A DNA stretch of 64,000 bases from a virus, in the IMG/VR virus record IMGVR_UViG_3300021963_004241, positions 1 to 64,000 of that record. One strand, given 5' to 3'. The notes beneath the pieces were generated by a model that had not been told where the DNA came from, searched no databases, and saw only the letters and a program-made list of their open reading frames with translations. This document shows positions 37,116 through 49,600 of the stretch, one piece after another (position 1 is the stretch's first letter; each line of letters begins with the position of its first letter). A program made the translations under genes and the position numbers.

Positions 37116-37389
37116 TGATCAGTTGATCCAAATCTCTATCATCTTGTTTTAATATTTTCGTTCTGTATCGTTGACTTAATTCGTCTCTATACATATTAAC
37201 AAAAGTAGCGATTTGTGTCAATAGCTGATGATTGCCTAAACGTTGGGCCATGAAGTATTTTTTTGATAATTCCTGTAACTTAGATTCTAATTCTGAATCT
37301 GATAGTGTGGAAAGATCTACTTCTAAGGCATTCATTAGACAAATTGACCTAGGTAATTTAAGAAAATAACACCCGAACTGTGTCTCCAA
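37105..37389 (-). CDS. Hypothetical protein (start may be MNALEV)
   Basis: ORF track. Confidence 0.55.
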   Translation of the reverse strand: METQFGCYFLKLPRSICLMNALEVDLSTLSDSELESKLQELSKKYFMAQRLGNHQLLTQIATFVNMYRDELSQRYRTKILKQDDRDLDQLINVD

Positions 37390-37889
37390 ACTTCTACAAA
37401 GTAAGGATTAGTGGAAGAATTTATCACAAATGGGCTTGGGAAACTGGCTGGCTTTTTAATTACAGTACCACCCGATGCTAAAAATGTTAAAGTTCGATTT
37501 TGATCGTTGCCGTATAATTCTAGTGTAACTTTTCCTAGATTATCTGTTGGGAAGTTTAAAAAATCGACAGTAACATCTGCGGTAAATCCGTAGATTTGAT
37601 ATTCACCGTTGAGGAAATCTATAGTTGTTGCTACCTGATTAGCTAAACCACCGCTGTGTTTTTTCTTTTTATTGGCTTTAAGTACTCCGCCGGAGATTAC
37701 AGTATTAGCAAACTCGTTAGTAGCGTTCAATTTTGCCGTGTTAGCCTGGAGAGCGGTAATTTCTGTATAAGCATCACCTAAGCTGGTTTTGATAATATTG
37801 AAATTATCTCTAAATTCTTGCGTGTCGTTGTCTTGTCCCGCCAATGGAAAATTTTCATTGATCGTTGTATATTTTATATTACTGGCCAT
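37335..37889 (-). CDS. Putative virion structural protein
   Basis: GQDNDTQEFRDNF N-terminal motif; TAAATA upstream. Confidence 0.6.
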   Translation of the reverse strand: MASNIKYTTINENFPLAGQDNDTQEFRDNFNIIKTSLGDAYTEITALQANTAKLNATNEFANTVISGGVLKANKKKKHSGGLANQVATTIDFLNGEYQIYGFTADVTVDFLNFPTDNLGKVTLELYGNDQNRTLTFLASGGTVIKKPASFPSPFVINSSTNPYFVEVWRHSSGVIFLNYLGQFV

Positions 37890-37914
37890 TTATGTCTCCG
37901 AGATTCTTTATTTA

Positions 37915-40584
37915 TTAAGGTGTTACTAGCCCATTCGTTGGGAATGGAAGATATTGTTCTTCGTCTTTTCCGTTTATGAAATCTATGGAATATCTGTCGA
38001 TTTCAAAATTAAGCAGTTTAAAACTGAAATTTAAATTCCAAAATGAACTACTGATATCCGGAATTTGATTAACTCCGGCTTTTATTGCAGTGTAATAAAA
38101 TCCTTTATACAGAACAGAGTCACCAGTTTGATAGGTTACTGAACTTAACCATGTGCCTCTAGATGCATAATCAGTCCTTAATTTAATTTTTGAAATTATT
38201 TTGTCAGCTTCTCCGGGTTTGGTATAACATAATACCAAGCATTTTACGTATCCTGGTTCGACAAATACTGTTTTATCTTCATCTGACTGAATACTTCTCA
38301 TCCATAATGGAAGAAAAGTGCTATTAGTTTCCCCTACATTCTTAATTCGAGATCTCATGTTTCTGAAAGAATTTGGAAATACACGCCGAGTGTCAGAGTC
38401 AGAAACTTTATAATTCCAGTCAACATAATTGCTTTGATTTCCACTGTCAACTGTAATGTTGTTTTGACTTACCTGTACTGGGCTGTTAATATAATCTGGT
38501 AATTCTACAACAGAGGAAATGCTTATTTTATCTTTTTCTAATTCGTCTATGACATCAATGAACACAACTTCGTATTCAACTTCTTGTGTAACTGGATTTT
38601 TTCCTACAGCTTTTCTAAGAGTACCGAATCTTAATTTTTTTCTAGAATGATTTCTACTTATAGCCTGGATGAATTGTTCTGCACTTACACTCTCGATGCC
38701 AGCATACATTAATACTTTAAGATCTGTTTGCACTCCAAATGCAGGATCACCTATACGATATAATTGCTTAGAATCAAAGATAGTTGAGTCGGTAATAAAA
38801 TCATACCATTTGTCTCTTCTATCTCTTGTTTGAAATGCTCTTGCATATATATTGCTGAAAAGTGTAGTGTCTCCATCAACTACTGATATCTTAAAAGTTT
38901 TGTCGCGAGATGAAAAATTTAAAGCATCTTTTGCAGTGATTGTAAAACTAAAAGATTTATCGAAACTAGTTATACCGTTGTCGAAAACAATATTATAAGC
39001 AGCTGAGCTAGGGTCGCTATCGTAAAATCTTGTAATACCTGCACGAGTTACTGAACCTATCTTGTTTACTTTTCCAATTATATTTCCATTGCTGAGTAAT
39101 GATAGTCCTGGTGGTAATTCACCGCTAGTTAAAGTATATGTTACAGTTCCACCGTATGCAGAGCTAGTTGCTAAAACTGAGAACATTGAATCCTGCTGAG
39201 GTCTAATAGTTCCTAGATCGCTATTGGTAATCCAGGTTATTCCGCTTTCTACTTCACCAATAGTATCAACAGTAAAGGTTCTAATAGTAGTTACAGCACC
39301 GATGTTCCAGTATGACACATTGCTAGGTAACTGATTTTTATGAGGTGTAAGGCAGAGATATATTGCTTCACCGATGCCTTCTCTAATAGCACTATCTTCG
39401 TATACCAACGGATCTATATATTTTACGATATCTCCTACCGCATAGGTTGTATCGGGATTCCAGCTGCCCACTGTTTTATATTCTGTAGCGTAAGTTTTTT
39501 CTCCAAAACTTACAGCTCTTATGGTGAATTTATATCTCTTGGTAATTTTAGGTTGGTAAGGAACCTTTCCTACTAGTTCCCCAGTTAATGTATCTAATTG
39601 TAAACCAGGGGGCAGTTCGCTATCAGTACCGTCTGGATTCTTAGTTTCTAAAAAATATCCTATGGTAAGATTTAACGAAGGAGGATTGTAAACATCTATG
39701 TACAGTGTTACGTAGTTATTGGCTCTTACTTTTCCTAAGTAAGTAGGAGTTACCCAAAACGGAGTTCTTATATTATTATTATCAGCTTTAAAAACTGTAG
39801 AAGATACTTCTATAACTGAGTTGTCCGCTCTTAAGAATTCTTCATCGATTACATATATTTTGAAGCTTCTATTTTCAGTCGAGACCCCATCGGTGACTGT
39901 TACAACAAAACTATAAAATCTGCTGATACTTTTAGGAAGTTTAGCAGGCTCTGCATAATCAAAAGTATCGTTGTCAAATGTAAATGTATCAAAACCTACA
40001 CTGGATCTTGGACCAATATCAAATGGTGCTAGATCAAATACGGTTGTATCGTAATTTCCTGTTGCCTGATTAAACTGCAATCTAGGTAAAGATTTAGTAA
40101 ACCCTTGTATCCGTCCGTCGGTGGATAATGTTAGTCCCGGAGGCAATTCTCCGCCATTGTTAGGTATATAAAATTTTAAACTGTCTCCGGCTATTAAGTC
40201 TGGATCTGTAGCCTCTAATTGAAAATCTACATAAGAATCATCTAATACAAAATAAGCATCGTTGCTTCCGACTGGTAAAAATCCAGCAGGTGTAATCCAT
40301 CTAGGGGCATCCGGTCCTTCGATTATTAAACTAAATGTTCGATCGTTTTTCTCTGATGCATTTGCAGCTCGAACAACGAATCTATATTGTTTAGTATTTT
40401 TAACTTCGACCGTCGTACCTTTGATGACTCCATTTTCTAATCTGAGACCTATCGGAAGATTACCTGCTATAACTGAGTAGGTAAGAGGTCCAGAATCACT
40501 AGATGCTTGTAATGGAAGATTGAAAGAAGATCGTTCTTCAAATGTTCCTAAAGTTCCACTAGGAGTAACCCAGGTTATAGACAT
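37915..40584 (-). CDS. Putative baseplate wedge protein with Ig-like (He_PIG) repeats and CBM5/12-like motifs
   Basis: Repeated GELPPGL motifs; WNPDTTYAVGDIVKY and WLSSVTYQTGDSVLY. Confidence 0.65.
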   Translation of the reverse strand: MSITWVTPSGTLGTFEERSSFNLPLQASSDSGPLTYSVIAGNLPIGLRLENGVIKGTTVEVKNTKQYRFVVRAANASEKNDRTFSLIIEGPDAPRWITPAGFLPVGSNDAYFVLDDSYVDFQLEATDPDLIAGDSLKFYIPNNGGELPPGLTLSTDGRIQGFTKSLPRLQFNQATGNYDTTVFDLAPFDIGPRSSVGFDTFTFDNDTFDYAEPAKLPKSISRFYSFVVTVTDGVSTENRSFKIYVIDEEFLRADNSVIEVSSTVFKADNNNIRTPFWVTPTYLGKVRANNYVTLYIDVYNPPSLNLTIGYFLETKNPDGTDSELPPGLQLDTLTGELVGKVPYQPKITKRYKFTIRAVSFGEKTYATEYKTVGSWNPDTTYAVGDIVKYIDPLVYEDSAIREGIGEAIYLCLTPHKNQLPSNVSYWNIGAVTTIRTFTVDTIGEVESGITWITNSDLGTIRPQQDSMFSVLATSSAYGGTVTYTLTSGELPPGLSLLSNGNIIGKVNKIGSVTRAGITRFYDSDPSSAAYNIVFDNGITSFDKSFSFTITAKDALNFSSRDKTFKISVVDGDTTLFSNIYARAFQTRDRRDKWYDFITDSTIFDSKQLYRIGDPAFGVQTDLKVLMYAGIESVSAEQFIQAISRNHSRKKLRFGTLRKAVGKNPVTQEVEYEVVFIDVIDELEKDKISISSVVELPDYINSPVQVSQNNITVDSGNQSNYVDWNYKVSDSDTRRVFPNSFRNMRSRIKNVGETNSTFLPLWMRSIQSDEDKTVFVEPGYVKCLVLCYTKPGEADKIISKIKLRTDYASRGTWLSSVTYQTGDSVLYKGFYYTAIKAGVNQIPDISSSFWNLNFSFKLLNFEIDRYSIDFINGKDEEQYLPFPTNGLVTP

Positions 40585-40589
40585 TGGTA

Positions 40590-41654
40590 TTACCTAAATA
40601 GATCGTATTGGAGATTCACTGCGGTAACAGTCGATGCATTAATTAAATTGGTAGTCGAAAGTCTTAGCTCCCAAGTATTTCCAGAGATGAAGTTCAATGA
40701 TGCAGCGCCGATAATTGTAACTCCTGTGTTATTCGGAAAGTCATCTAATAATGCGCTAACTCTTCCTTGACCTCCGAAGAAATTCCCCATTAGTCTAAAT
40801 GTTTGTGTTCCTTGAGAATTGGTCACATTGAATATAGCGTGAAATCCTTTATCAGTGGCAGCGTTGAAAGTAACTACTGTAAATGTTTCGATTGTCGCAC
40901 TGGCAACTTGTGTATAGGTTATATAATTGATTTGATGACGTTGACCAAAAGCGTTTGTAGCTGGATCGAAAGCGTAGGTAATACCATCGTTATCAATCCT
41001 TGTAGTAACTGGAGCAAACTCAATACCTACAACTACGTTATTTTGAATTCTAGTTTTTCCTAGTACAACGTAGCCAGTTCCACTGGCGGAAATTTCAATA
41101 TTAGAATTGGAATCTAAAGTTCTAATATTGTTATTCGCTATTGATATATTTTCTAAATATACGCCTTCGGCATACACATCTCTCCATTTTAGATTCGATG
41201 CTCCGAGGTCTCGAGTCTTTGTTGTGCTAGGTTTAATTCCACCGTTAACTGTTAATGTACCGGTAGTCTCAACTGCATTAACATATACAGTAGACCAATA
41301 CTTAGATGATGCACCTAAAGTCAAAGAGTTTGATGTGTTAGGAACTATATTAGAATTAACCTCGCCTCCGAACACGATATTATCAGCATCAGTATCACCT
41401 AATGTGATATTTCCTGTAGCGGTAATAGTTCCATTGATGTTAATATTACCAGTTCCAGTAATGTCGTAATTGTTTAAATTAATATTTGAACCTAAGTTAC
41501 CCCCAATGGATCCTGCTACAACAGGTATTCCACCAGATGTACTGCCGTTACCTATGTATAATTTTACTTCTGTAGTGTCAAATACTAGCTCTCCAGATGC
41601 TGGTACAACAGCGGTTCTTTGAGCGGTAGTTCCTCTTCTAATTTTTAATGCCAT
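40590..41654 (-). CDS. Tail fibre-like protein
   Basis: N-terminal LKIRRGT...GELVFDT...LYIGNG (Mtd-N-like). Confidence 0.65.
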   Translation of the reverse strand: MALKIRRGTTAQRTAVVPASGELVFDTTEVKLYIGNGSTSGGIPVVAGSIGGNLGSNINLNNYDITGTGNININGTITATGNITLGDTDADNIVFGGEVNSNIVPNTSNSLTLGASSKYWSTVYVNAVETTGTLTVNGGIKPSTTKTRDLGASNLKWRDVYAEGVYLENISIANNNIRTLDSNSNIEISASGTGYVVLGKTRIQNNVVVGIEFAPVTTRIDNDGITYAFDPATNAFGQRHQINYITYTQVASATIETFTVVTFNAATDKGFHAIFNVTNSQGTQTFRLMGNFFGGQGRVSALLDDFPNNTGVTIIGAASLNFISGNTWELRLSTTNLINASTVTAVNLQYDLFR

Positions 41655-41665
41655 TTTTTTCTCCG

Positions 41666-42232
41666 TTATAGTGTTCCAGCATCATATTCAAATGCAGCAG
41701 GACTGTCAAAAGTTCCAAAGTCTATCTCTACAGCCTGCGCCAAAAATGATAGTGTATCGGTCGGGACAGTTCCGATTGATCCAAAGTCTATGGATCCTAA
41801 AATATTTTCTAAGTTTCTAGATGTGTCAACCGTTACAACGGTTCCATTTGCAGTTACATCTATGTTAGGACCACCTTGTATGGTGATCTGATCTGTTCCT
41901 GTAATAGCATTAGCAGTTACAGAACCGGATTCAGTTGTAATAGATCTAAATCCGTCATATTGTGTTGTTCTTATTCTTACAGTGTCGGCATTCCCAACTT
42001 CTTCTATGATTATCCTGCCTTCACCTATCAATTTTTTAAATTCTAAATTGCTGCCAGTTTTCTGTTTAAATACACCTACTCCGGTTCCGCCCGTAGGAAC
42101 ATTTGAAGCAGTGACAGTTAACTGACTATTTAATTCTGTAAAATTAGCATTTACCTTTTGAAAAGCGGTGCGAAGGTCATCGCCCAGTCCGTCGTTGACT
42201 ACATTTCCTATGTTTATTGTTTGTATGGCCAT
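41666..42232 (-). CDS. Baseplate/tail protein with T4 gp9/gp10-like N-terminus
   Basis: INIGNVVNDGLGDDLRTAFQKVNANFTEL. Confidence 0.7.
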   Translation of the reverse strand: MAIQTINIGNVVNDGLGDDLRTAFQKVNANFTELNSQLTVTASNVPTGGTGVGVFKQKTGSNLEFKKLIGEGRIIIEEVGNADTVRIRTTQYDGFRSITTESGSVTANAITGTDQITIQGGPNIDVTANGTVVTVDTSRNLENILGSIDFGSIGTVPTDTLSFLAQAVEIDFGTFDSPAAFEYDAGTL

Positions 42233-42259
42233 AATGCGCTCTCTTTAGTATATTTACCG

Positions 42260-43678
42260 TTACCAAGTGTCGCCGGACCAAGCAACACGCTTCCAAATGT
42301 TGTTTACACCGTTGTAGTTTGCTGTACAGTAATAGATATACGAACTGTTAAATGCTACAGATCCAATATAATCGCCACTGGATCCGATGCTAGTAGCAGG
42401 CACAGCAGCCATTATCCTTACCCGTTGATCGGTTATCACGATTGATTGGCCATTTGCTAGATTACCATCGCCAATCTGTATTTGGCTTTGCCCGACATGG
42501 CCAAGATAGTTGGCGTTCACTGTGCCAAACTCGCCAACATGTCCAGTAGCAATAATATCACCCGGGGCTGTTAAAGTGCCATTTTCATTGAATGTCCAGT
42601 TGTTATTAGTAGTTCCTGAATCGCTTCTAATGACGACGTGTCTCTCAGCGGCTAGGATCGCATCATTAACACCGTCTATTTCAAGACCTGCGGATGAACT
42701 TGGAGATGCTAGTAGTCCGATAAAATCGCCTAAACCATATATTCGAGCGTCAGTTCCAAGGGTTATTGCGCCGGGCACTGTTAATATACCACCGTTATCA
42801 AACAGCCATTCGTAAGGTCCAGAACCGGTTCTGATTACCACTTCGCCGTCGTTTCCCGAGCCACCTGTGCCTGCTTGGATGTAAATGCTACCGCCGTCGA
42901 CAGCACCTGTACCTGATTTAAGAGTAACTGTTCCGCTACTGGCGCCAGCTAATAGAGAATCCATACTACCAAACGTAGCCTGTACTTCAGCCGAACTTAG
43001 GTACGATCCTTGAGCAGATTCTAGTTCTCCATTATTTTTAAATCGCCATTCCCCATTAGTTCCGTCTGTGGCCGCTAGAACAACACCTCCAGACAAACTG
43101 GAAAGTAATAGGTCATTGCCGTTTTGTTGGATTCTAGTTTTTTCTACATTGTTAAGGTACATTGATAGTCTAGTTGTACCTTCTTGGTTGAGCACTATCT
43201 TATCTGTTCCATTTACTAATCTGTCTCCGGTTGGTATAGTTGGCTTGCCTGTGACATTGGCCCAAGCTACAGATCCTGCTGTTACACCAGAACCTCCAAC
43301 AGTTAGTTGTCCAGATTGATTAACTGCTATAGCAGTATTACCTAGATAGATAGTTGAGTTACTGACATACAAACTACGCCAAGGTTTAGCACTACTTCCT
43401 AGGTCTCCGCCGTTGGCTACGCTGGGTAATAGGTCTCCGCCTACAGTCAAGTTGCTGGTTACAGTTGTGGCTTGATCAATAACAATAGCACTACTATCTG
43501 TGGTACTTATAGTGCTGCCAGTAAATTCAAAAGCAGCAATATTCAAACCACCACTATTTAATCCAAGAGCGGTATAAAGTTCTGAAAAATTATCATTAAC
43601 TTTACCGAAAGCAGCTCTTAGGCTATCACCTTTTCTATCGTTGGCTGTTTGACCTATATTAATTGTTTTCTTTGTCAT
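42260..43678 (-). CDS. Tail fibre/baseplate protein with gp9/gp10-like N-terminus
   Basis: INIGQTANDRKGDSLRAAFGKVNDNFSEL. Confidence 0.7.
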   Translation of the reverse strand: MTKKTINIGQTANDRKGDSLRAAFGKVNDNFSELYTALGLNSGGLNIAAFEFTGSTISTTDSSAIVIDQATTVTSNLTVGGDLLPSVANGGDLGSSAKPWRSLYVSNSTIYLGNTAIAVNQSGQLTVGGSGVTAGSVAWANVTGKPTIPTGDRLVNGTDKIVLNQEGTTRLSMYLNNVEKTRIQQNGNDLLLSSLSGGVVLAATDGTNGEWRFKNNGELESAQGSYLSSAEVQATFGSMDSLLAGASSGTVTLKSGTGAVDGGSIYIQAGTGGSGNDGEVVIRTGSGPYEWLFDNGGILTVPGAITLGTDARIYGLGDFIGLLASPSSSAGLEIDGVNDAILAAERHVVIRSDSGTTNNNWTFNENGTLTAPGDIIATGHVGEFGTVNANYLGHVGQSQIQIGDGNLANGQSIVITDQRVRIMAAVPATSIGSSGDYIGSVAFNSSYIYYCTANYNGVNNIWKRVAWSGDTW

Positions 43679-46600
43679 TATGCTCTTCCTACCGCTATTT
43701 GAATAGTACCGATATGATCCGAATCATAGTCTTCTATCGCCTTACCTATTAGTGTTCCAACAGCAACAGTTCCGGATGCTGCAATAGCCACTCCCGGTAT
43801 ACCTGAAGTTACCATTAGGTCTCCTTTTCTTATCTTACCTACAACCTTGCAGGGAACTCGACCGACCAACGCTACACAAGACTTGTTTCCTTGACAATCT
43901 TTGTTCATAATGTAAGCAGGATCAGTAGATACTACTCCAGCTATCCTATGATCATTTTTTACATTTGAAGTTGTTACTTCTTTATCACCACCAAACACTA
44001 AAACAGTACCGGCTTCATAATCTCTATCTGCTTCGTAATATTCTGCTAAGTCAGCATACGTAGCTTCTAATCGACCATCAACTGACCATCGACCTTTAAT
44101 ACTACCAGTGTCAGTATTATTCGCACCGGCCTCTATAGCCTGTACTCTTATTACTCCGCCAGTAGAACCATTTAAATTAGTAAAATCATGTCTAGAATTT
44201 GCATACAATGTTCGATCGTTATTCGAACCGCTGCTAGAACTTCCTAATGCAATGTATGGCGCACTTAACAATACCCCACTACGTCCGCTGATTTTAGTCA
44301 CATAACCATTGACAGCAGTTTCAAATGACAGTGCAGTGTAATCTGATGATCCGTCGTAAACCTGGAATCCACTTCTACCTATAACAAATCGACCTGCAAA
44401 GTCACCGTTGGTATTTCTTGCTACAAGAGTTGATCCAGTGATGCTAGTTGATGCAGAATCAATAACTTCGTAATCTGTATCTAATACACTACCGCTAGTC
44501 TGCTTTTGCCTTAAGAAACCGTTAGTTGAGTATTGACCTTTCTTGACAGCATTACCCTGATCAACTACAGTAGCAAATGTAACCGCACTAGGTACAGAAG
44601 CTCCACCGGATGCATTACCTACTACAGTTTTATCTGCAATAGATTGGATGCTACCTAATGTAATACCTCCACCTTTTAGAGTCACATAACCATTTACAAC
44701 TGTAAATGAACTTTGATCAAATACGCTTAATCCTCTTTCAGCAATAACGGTTCCGTTAACAGTACTGTTGGCTATAGTTGTTGGTACAGTAAATGATACA
44801 GCAGTTGATGACGGAGCAGGACTACCTAGCACTGTCCAGGTTCCGTTATATCCCGAAGGAGTCATTCCGGATACTGTTATCCTGTTACCGGCTGCAAATG
44901 GAATCGGATTTCCTGTTATTGCTGCAAAGGTTATCGTTGCTGTGGTGCTTGCACAACTAGCACCAGTTACAGTCATTCCACCATTGGCTAAACCTGATCC
45001 AGCTGTAGATGATGTTGTTGACACACTGTTAGTTAATGCCAGCTTAGTTTGATCGATAGCCGCACTAGAATTAACATCTGCATTTATAATAACGCCAGAA
45101 TTGATTTGAGCATTTAAAGTTCTTGTAGCTCTAACAGTTCCGAATGCTGTACCAGCTGTCAGTGTAGTTGTTACTGTAAATGTAGTCTGTAAGTTGTTAC
45201 TGGTTACTACAGTCCAAGTTCCATTATACCCGTCTGGAGTTACACCTGCTACAGTAATTGATTGACCGGTAGTGAACGGGGCAGATCCAGTATTACTATA
45301 ACCTAAGGTTGCAGTATTGGAAGCCCAGGTAGCACTAGTTAATGTAATTGGACTTGATGCTGCATTTAAAGTTACAGTCATGTCACCAGTCATAACAGCG
45401 TTAGTAAATTGATGTTCGGCTGTTACACTTTCGCTAGCATCTGCTACGTTGGTTCCGGTGAATACCAACAGATTACTTACACCAGGATTTAAACCAACCC
45501 AATCTTTGTTATGAGGAATACTTAACCATTGTCTTGTAACAGCATTTGATGCCGATGTCGGATTCAATAAATTAATAATCCTTCCATTGGTTCCCATGTC
45601 AAGGTTGCTCAACATAGGTAAGCCGCCGTTTCTAGACATGTATCCAGGACCAATTAAATTGGCTACGTTGGCACCAGTTCGATCTTGTCCTAATCTTCTG
45701 TCGATATAGGTTTGTGTAGCAAGGTCGGTTGTTACACTGTTATTTGAAACACTGCTAAATCCAGCATCAGAACTGAAGTTAGTGATCTGTTCACCTTGTG
45801 CTAATTGGATCGATGAAATGTTAGTTAAACTGATCTTGGCACTTAATTGTGCTTCACCAGTTGATTGATTTACACCAAAAAGTTTACCAACTTTGAAGTT
45901 ACCTTCCTGGTCGATAGTTGTATAGAACACACGGCCCTTGCCAACTTCTTTTGCTTCATTTGCAGGAATCTTTTCATTTGCAGGAACACCAAAGATATTA
46001 TTTGGATAGTTAGTGTCTGCATAAGATCCTGTGCCAATATCAAGAACGTCGTGTGCTGTGGCACGTACTGTAGAAATCTTGATAGTGATGCTAGCAGGAT
46101 GGCTTTGTTTTACGTTTGCAGTTATATAATCAGTAACAGCAGTCTGTGTTGTTGATCTTTGTGTTTGAGTTGTAACAAAGTCAGTGGTCAACGCACTAGT
46201 TACCCAACTTGTATCTGGACGATAAGTTACTTGTGCAGTTATAGTTAAGCCGGTACCGTTAGTGAAACTGGCTAATGTTGCACCACCGATAGTTGCTGCT
46301 AATGTAAATGTATTGGAAGCAGGAGTGCTAGACACATAATAGATAGTACCAGAAGTTAGTCCGTTGGCAGTAGAGTTTGGTATAACAGTATCGCCCGCTG
46401 ATAGATTGTGTGTAGCACTTGTAGTAAATGTATTATTGGTAGCAATAGTTGTAATGGTTACTCTAGTAGTATAACCATTTGTTACTGTATCGGATATAGT
46501 TGTTATTCTTGAAGTAACGAAATTCGAGGCCGCTAAAGTACCGGCTGTTCCACTTTGATCTTGTGTTAGATTGTTATTGGTAGATTTTGTTACTAGAGTT

Positions 46601-49600
46601 GCTTGTGCAATCTGTCCAAGTATTGTGCTCAATCTAGACAATGTATTAACAGTTGGAGTTAATTGATATGCTGGTTCTACAAACAATCCGTAGGTATAAT
46701 ATGATCTCGCTACTACCTGTGTTTGGGTGTTGCCGCCATAGGTCAAATCGTATCTAATAGCATCTAAAATATAACCAACATCTCTCTGACAAGTTAGATA
46801 ATCATAAGTGAAGCCGGGAGTAAATCCGTTTAGGCTTCCAGCCTTTTGAACTTCAATCCAACGATATATTTCTTCTACGATAAACTGTCTATTAGATTCG
46901 ATTAATCTGCGAGCATTAAAGAATCCTACGGTAAATGCATTATTAGTTCCGCCTGTAGGATCTGTTAATGTATAAACAGGGTAGAAATTAATAGCTGTGG
47001 TACTTAAATTGCTACTTAGATTTTTGCTAAGAACAACACTAGTTCCGTTGATTAGCTGTACAAATGTTGCACTCGGAATACCGGTAGCCACTGCTAATTG
47101 TCCAACTTGTATTCCAGTTGCGTTGGCTACAGTAATATTCGGTGTACCACTAGTACCGGTAGCTGTGGTAGTTGCTGCTGCGGAGTTAGAAGCAGCAATA
47201 GATGCCAGTGCTGTAGTAGGACCGTTGCTAAGAATGCTGATCAGATTGTTTAGATTAGCGATTACTCTAAGATCAAACGTACTGTCAGATGCCTGAGATA
47301 CTAGCAAATCTCTAGTTTTAGTGAATGCTAAGATAGTAGCAGTCTTTTGTGCTGTGCTAACAACATTAGTAGAAGTTAAATTTCTATAATATGATAATGC
47401 AGACTTGATAGTTGCTAGGTTGCTATTGAACATAGCATCAAATCCAACAGCATCGATTACATATCCTACGTCACGTTGGCAAGTTGATACATTATAAGTA
47501 AAGCCGTCTCCTGGTCCTACTAGTAGAGAGTAAGAGTTTACTAGACCGCTCAAACTGGCAGTTAGTGCTGTGTCAATATTGATTCTACCAGTAGACACAC
47601 CAGTGACCGCCGGGCTTTCATATGACAACACTCTATAATTTTGACCGGCATAACCGAATACGTATTGACCTGTATTCAGTTTAGCAATAGTTGTAGTATC
47701 TGTTAGTGCAGTAATACTAATTTGTTTACTGCCAACTGCACCGTGATATGTTCTACCAACCAATTGTTGATCAGTTGACACTGTCAGCGCCATGTATGTG
47801 TAACTATCTCTTAGATTGGCAACTGCTTCACCAGTGCCCCCAGATCTTACATAACCACCTGTGGTATAGTTAATAACTGAGTATACATTTAATGGATCAT
47901 CGTCGTTGAATAGTAACGCTGTTGAATTCTTCTGTGTAGTGATATCGTCAACATCAGTTAAGAATAGTTTCTTACTCTGTCTAATAGTAACTGACTGCGA
48001 GTTAGGAACCGATGCATAAAGTCCTGTAGTACCATCTGCTCTGGTAGTGGATGCCAATACAAGTTTAATTACTCCAGTTGGTAATCCTGAAGTATTAATA
48101 CTATTGATAGTATAAGTTAATATTCTCGGCATCAATCTTACTACAGGTGTTATGGTACCGCCGCTGACATAAGTTGTCACTGTTGCGTTAGCATAAGAAA
48201 TACTACCCGGAGTTGAAGCTGTAATAACTACGACACCGTTGTATCCTGCCGGACTAATTCCTGAAATTGTAACAGTAGATCCTACTAGGAATGGAGTTAC
48301 GTATGGTCCTGCTATTGTAGCGGTACCTGTCGGAGTTCCTATGACATTACATAGAACTTCAACATAAGTGGTAGTACAGGCAGTAACTTGCCAATAGTCA
48401 TTGTATCCTGTATAGACAGTAAATCCGCTGATTCTGATCTGATCGCCCACTGCATATGGCGCAGAACCTTGTGCGCTGGCAAATGTAAATCTAGCCGTAG
48501 TTCCGTTAGCAAAAGTAAATGTAGAACTGGCTAAAGAAGTTAGTGTAGTTGATGCCTGGACAGGATTAAATGTAACAGTCGCTGTTCCGCCTCCATTGCC
48601 ACTAGCACCGGTTATACTGATAGGTGTTAACGAGTAAGTTCCAGTGGCAGCACTAGTATCGAGATTAAGAGTGATAGTACCACCGGAAGTATCAACACTG
48701 TCAACTACAAATAAATTTTTACTACTGTTGTAATTTAATAAACCAGATAATGTTCCGCCGGCGTATGGAAGTCCGGATACCTGTACATAATCTTGGCTAG
48801 CAAAGTAACCTGCCGCTATTGATCCTACTGCTAACTGTGTCTTAGCACCTTTAGTTACGGCTGTAAAACTAACTCCAGTCTGTGCGTTAGAATTCTTAAA
48901 GTGCGCTATTTCGATCTGGCTGTCAGTTAATGGAATATAGGTATAATTGTTAATGTAAAGCTCAACACCGTTTTGAGCGTTAGAATATTGTCCTACATTA
49001 TAAATTGTTGCAGATTGGCTGAAAGGATATCTTGTTCTTACGGCATCTGGAATTTCTTTTGGATCGCTGCCCTCTGCTCTTAACGCATACACACCGTTGG
49101 CGCTTGATCCACCAACTGAACGGATCTGTCCACCGTTTAATGCATAATAAGCATTGTAGCAGTAGTAAGTGAACATACCAACTGCTTCACTGATACCGCC
49201 ATTGGTAGTAAACAGACCGTAACCCATGTCGTTAAGTTGCGTCCAGTCGTTACTTAAAATACTTCTATTACCAGCTGTAATCAGTTCAAACAGTTCAGCA
49301 ACGGTTCCACCGGTTCCGGATGCTGTTTCACCGCTGATAAAACTTACAGTGCTAGTAGTACAATCTGTTACAGTCCATACACCGTTATATCCTGTAGCAG
49401 TAGTACCAAATCCTGTTACTGTAATTTGATTACCAACAGTAAACGGTGCAGTTCCTCTGGTTGCGAATGTAATGGTTGCCACACTTCCTGTTCCGGCAAC
49501 TGTACAAGGTGTGATCAAACCAGCTAATGCATTGGTGTAAGGGGTTGATGAATCTAACACTAGAGTAGCACTAGATCCAGTTGGATTGTAAACAAAGTTA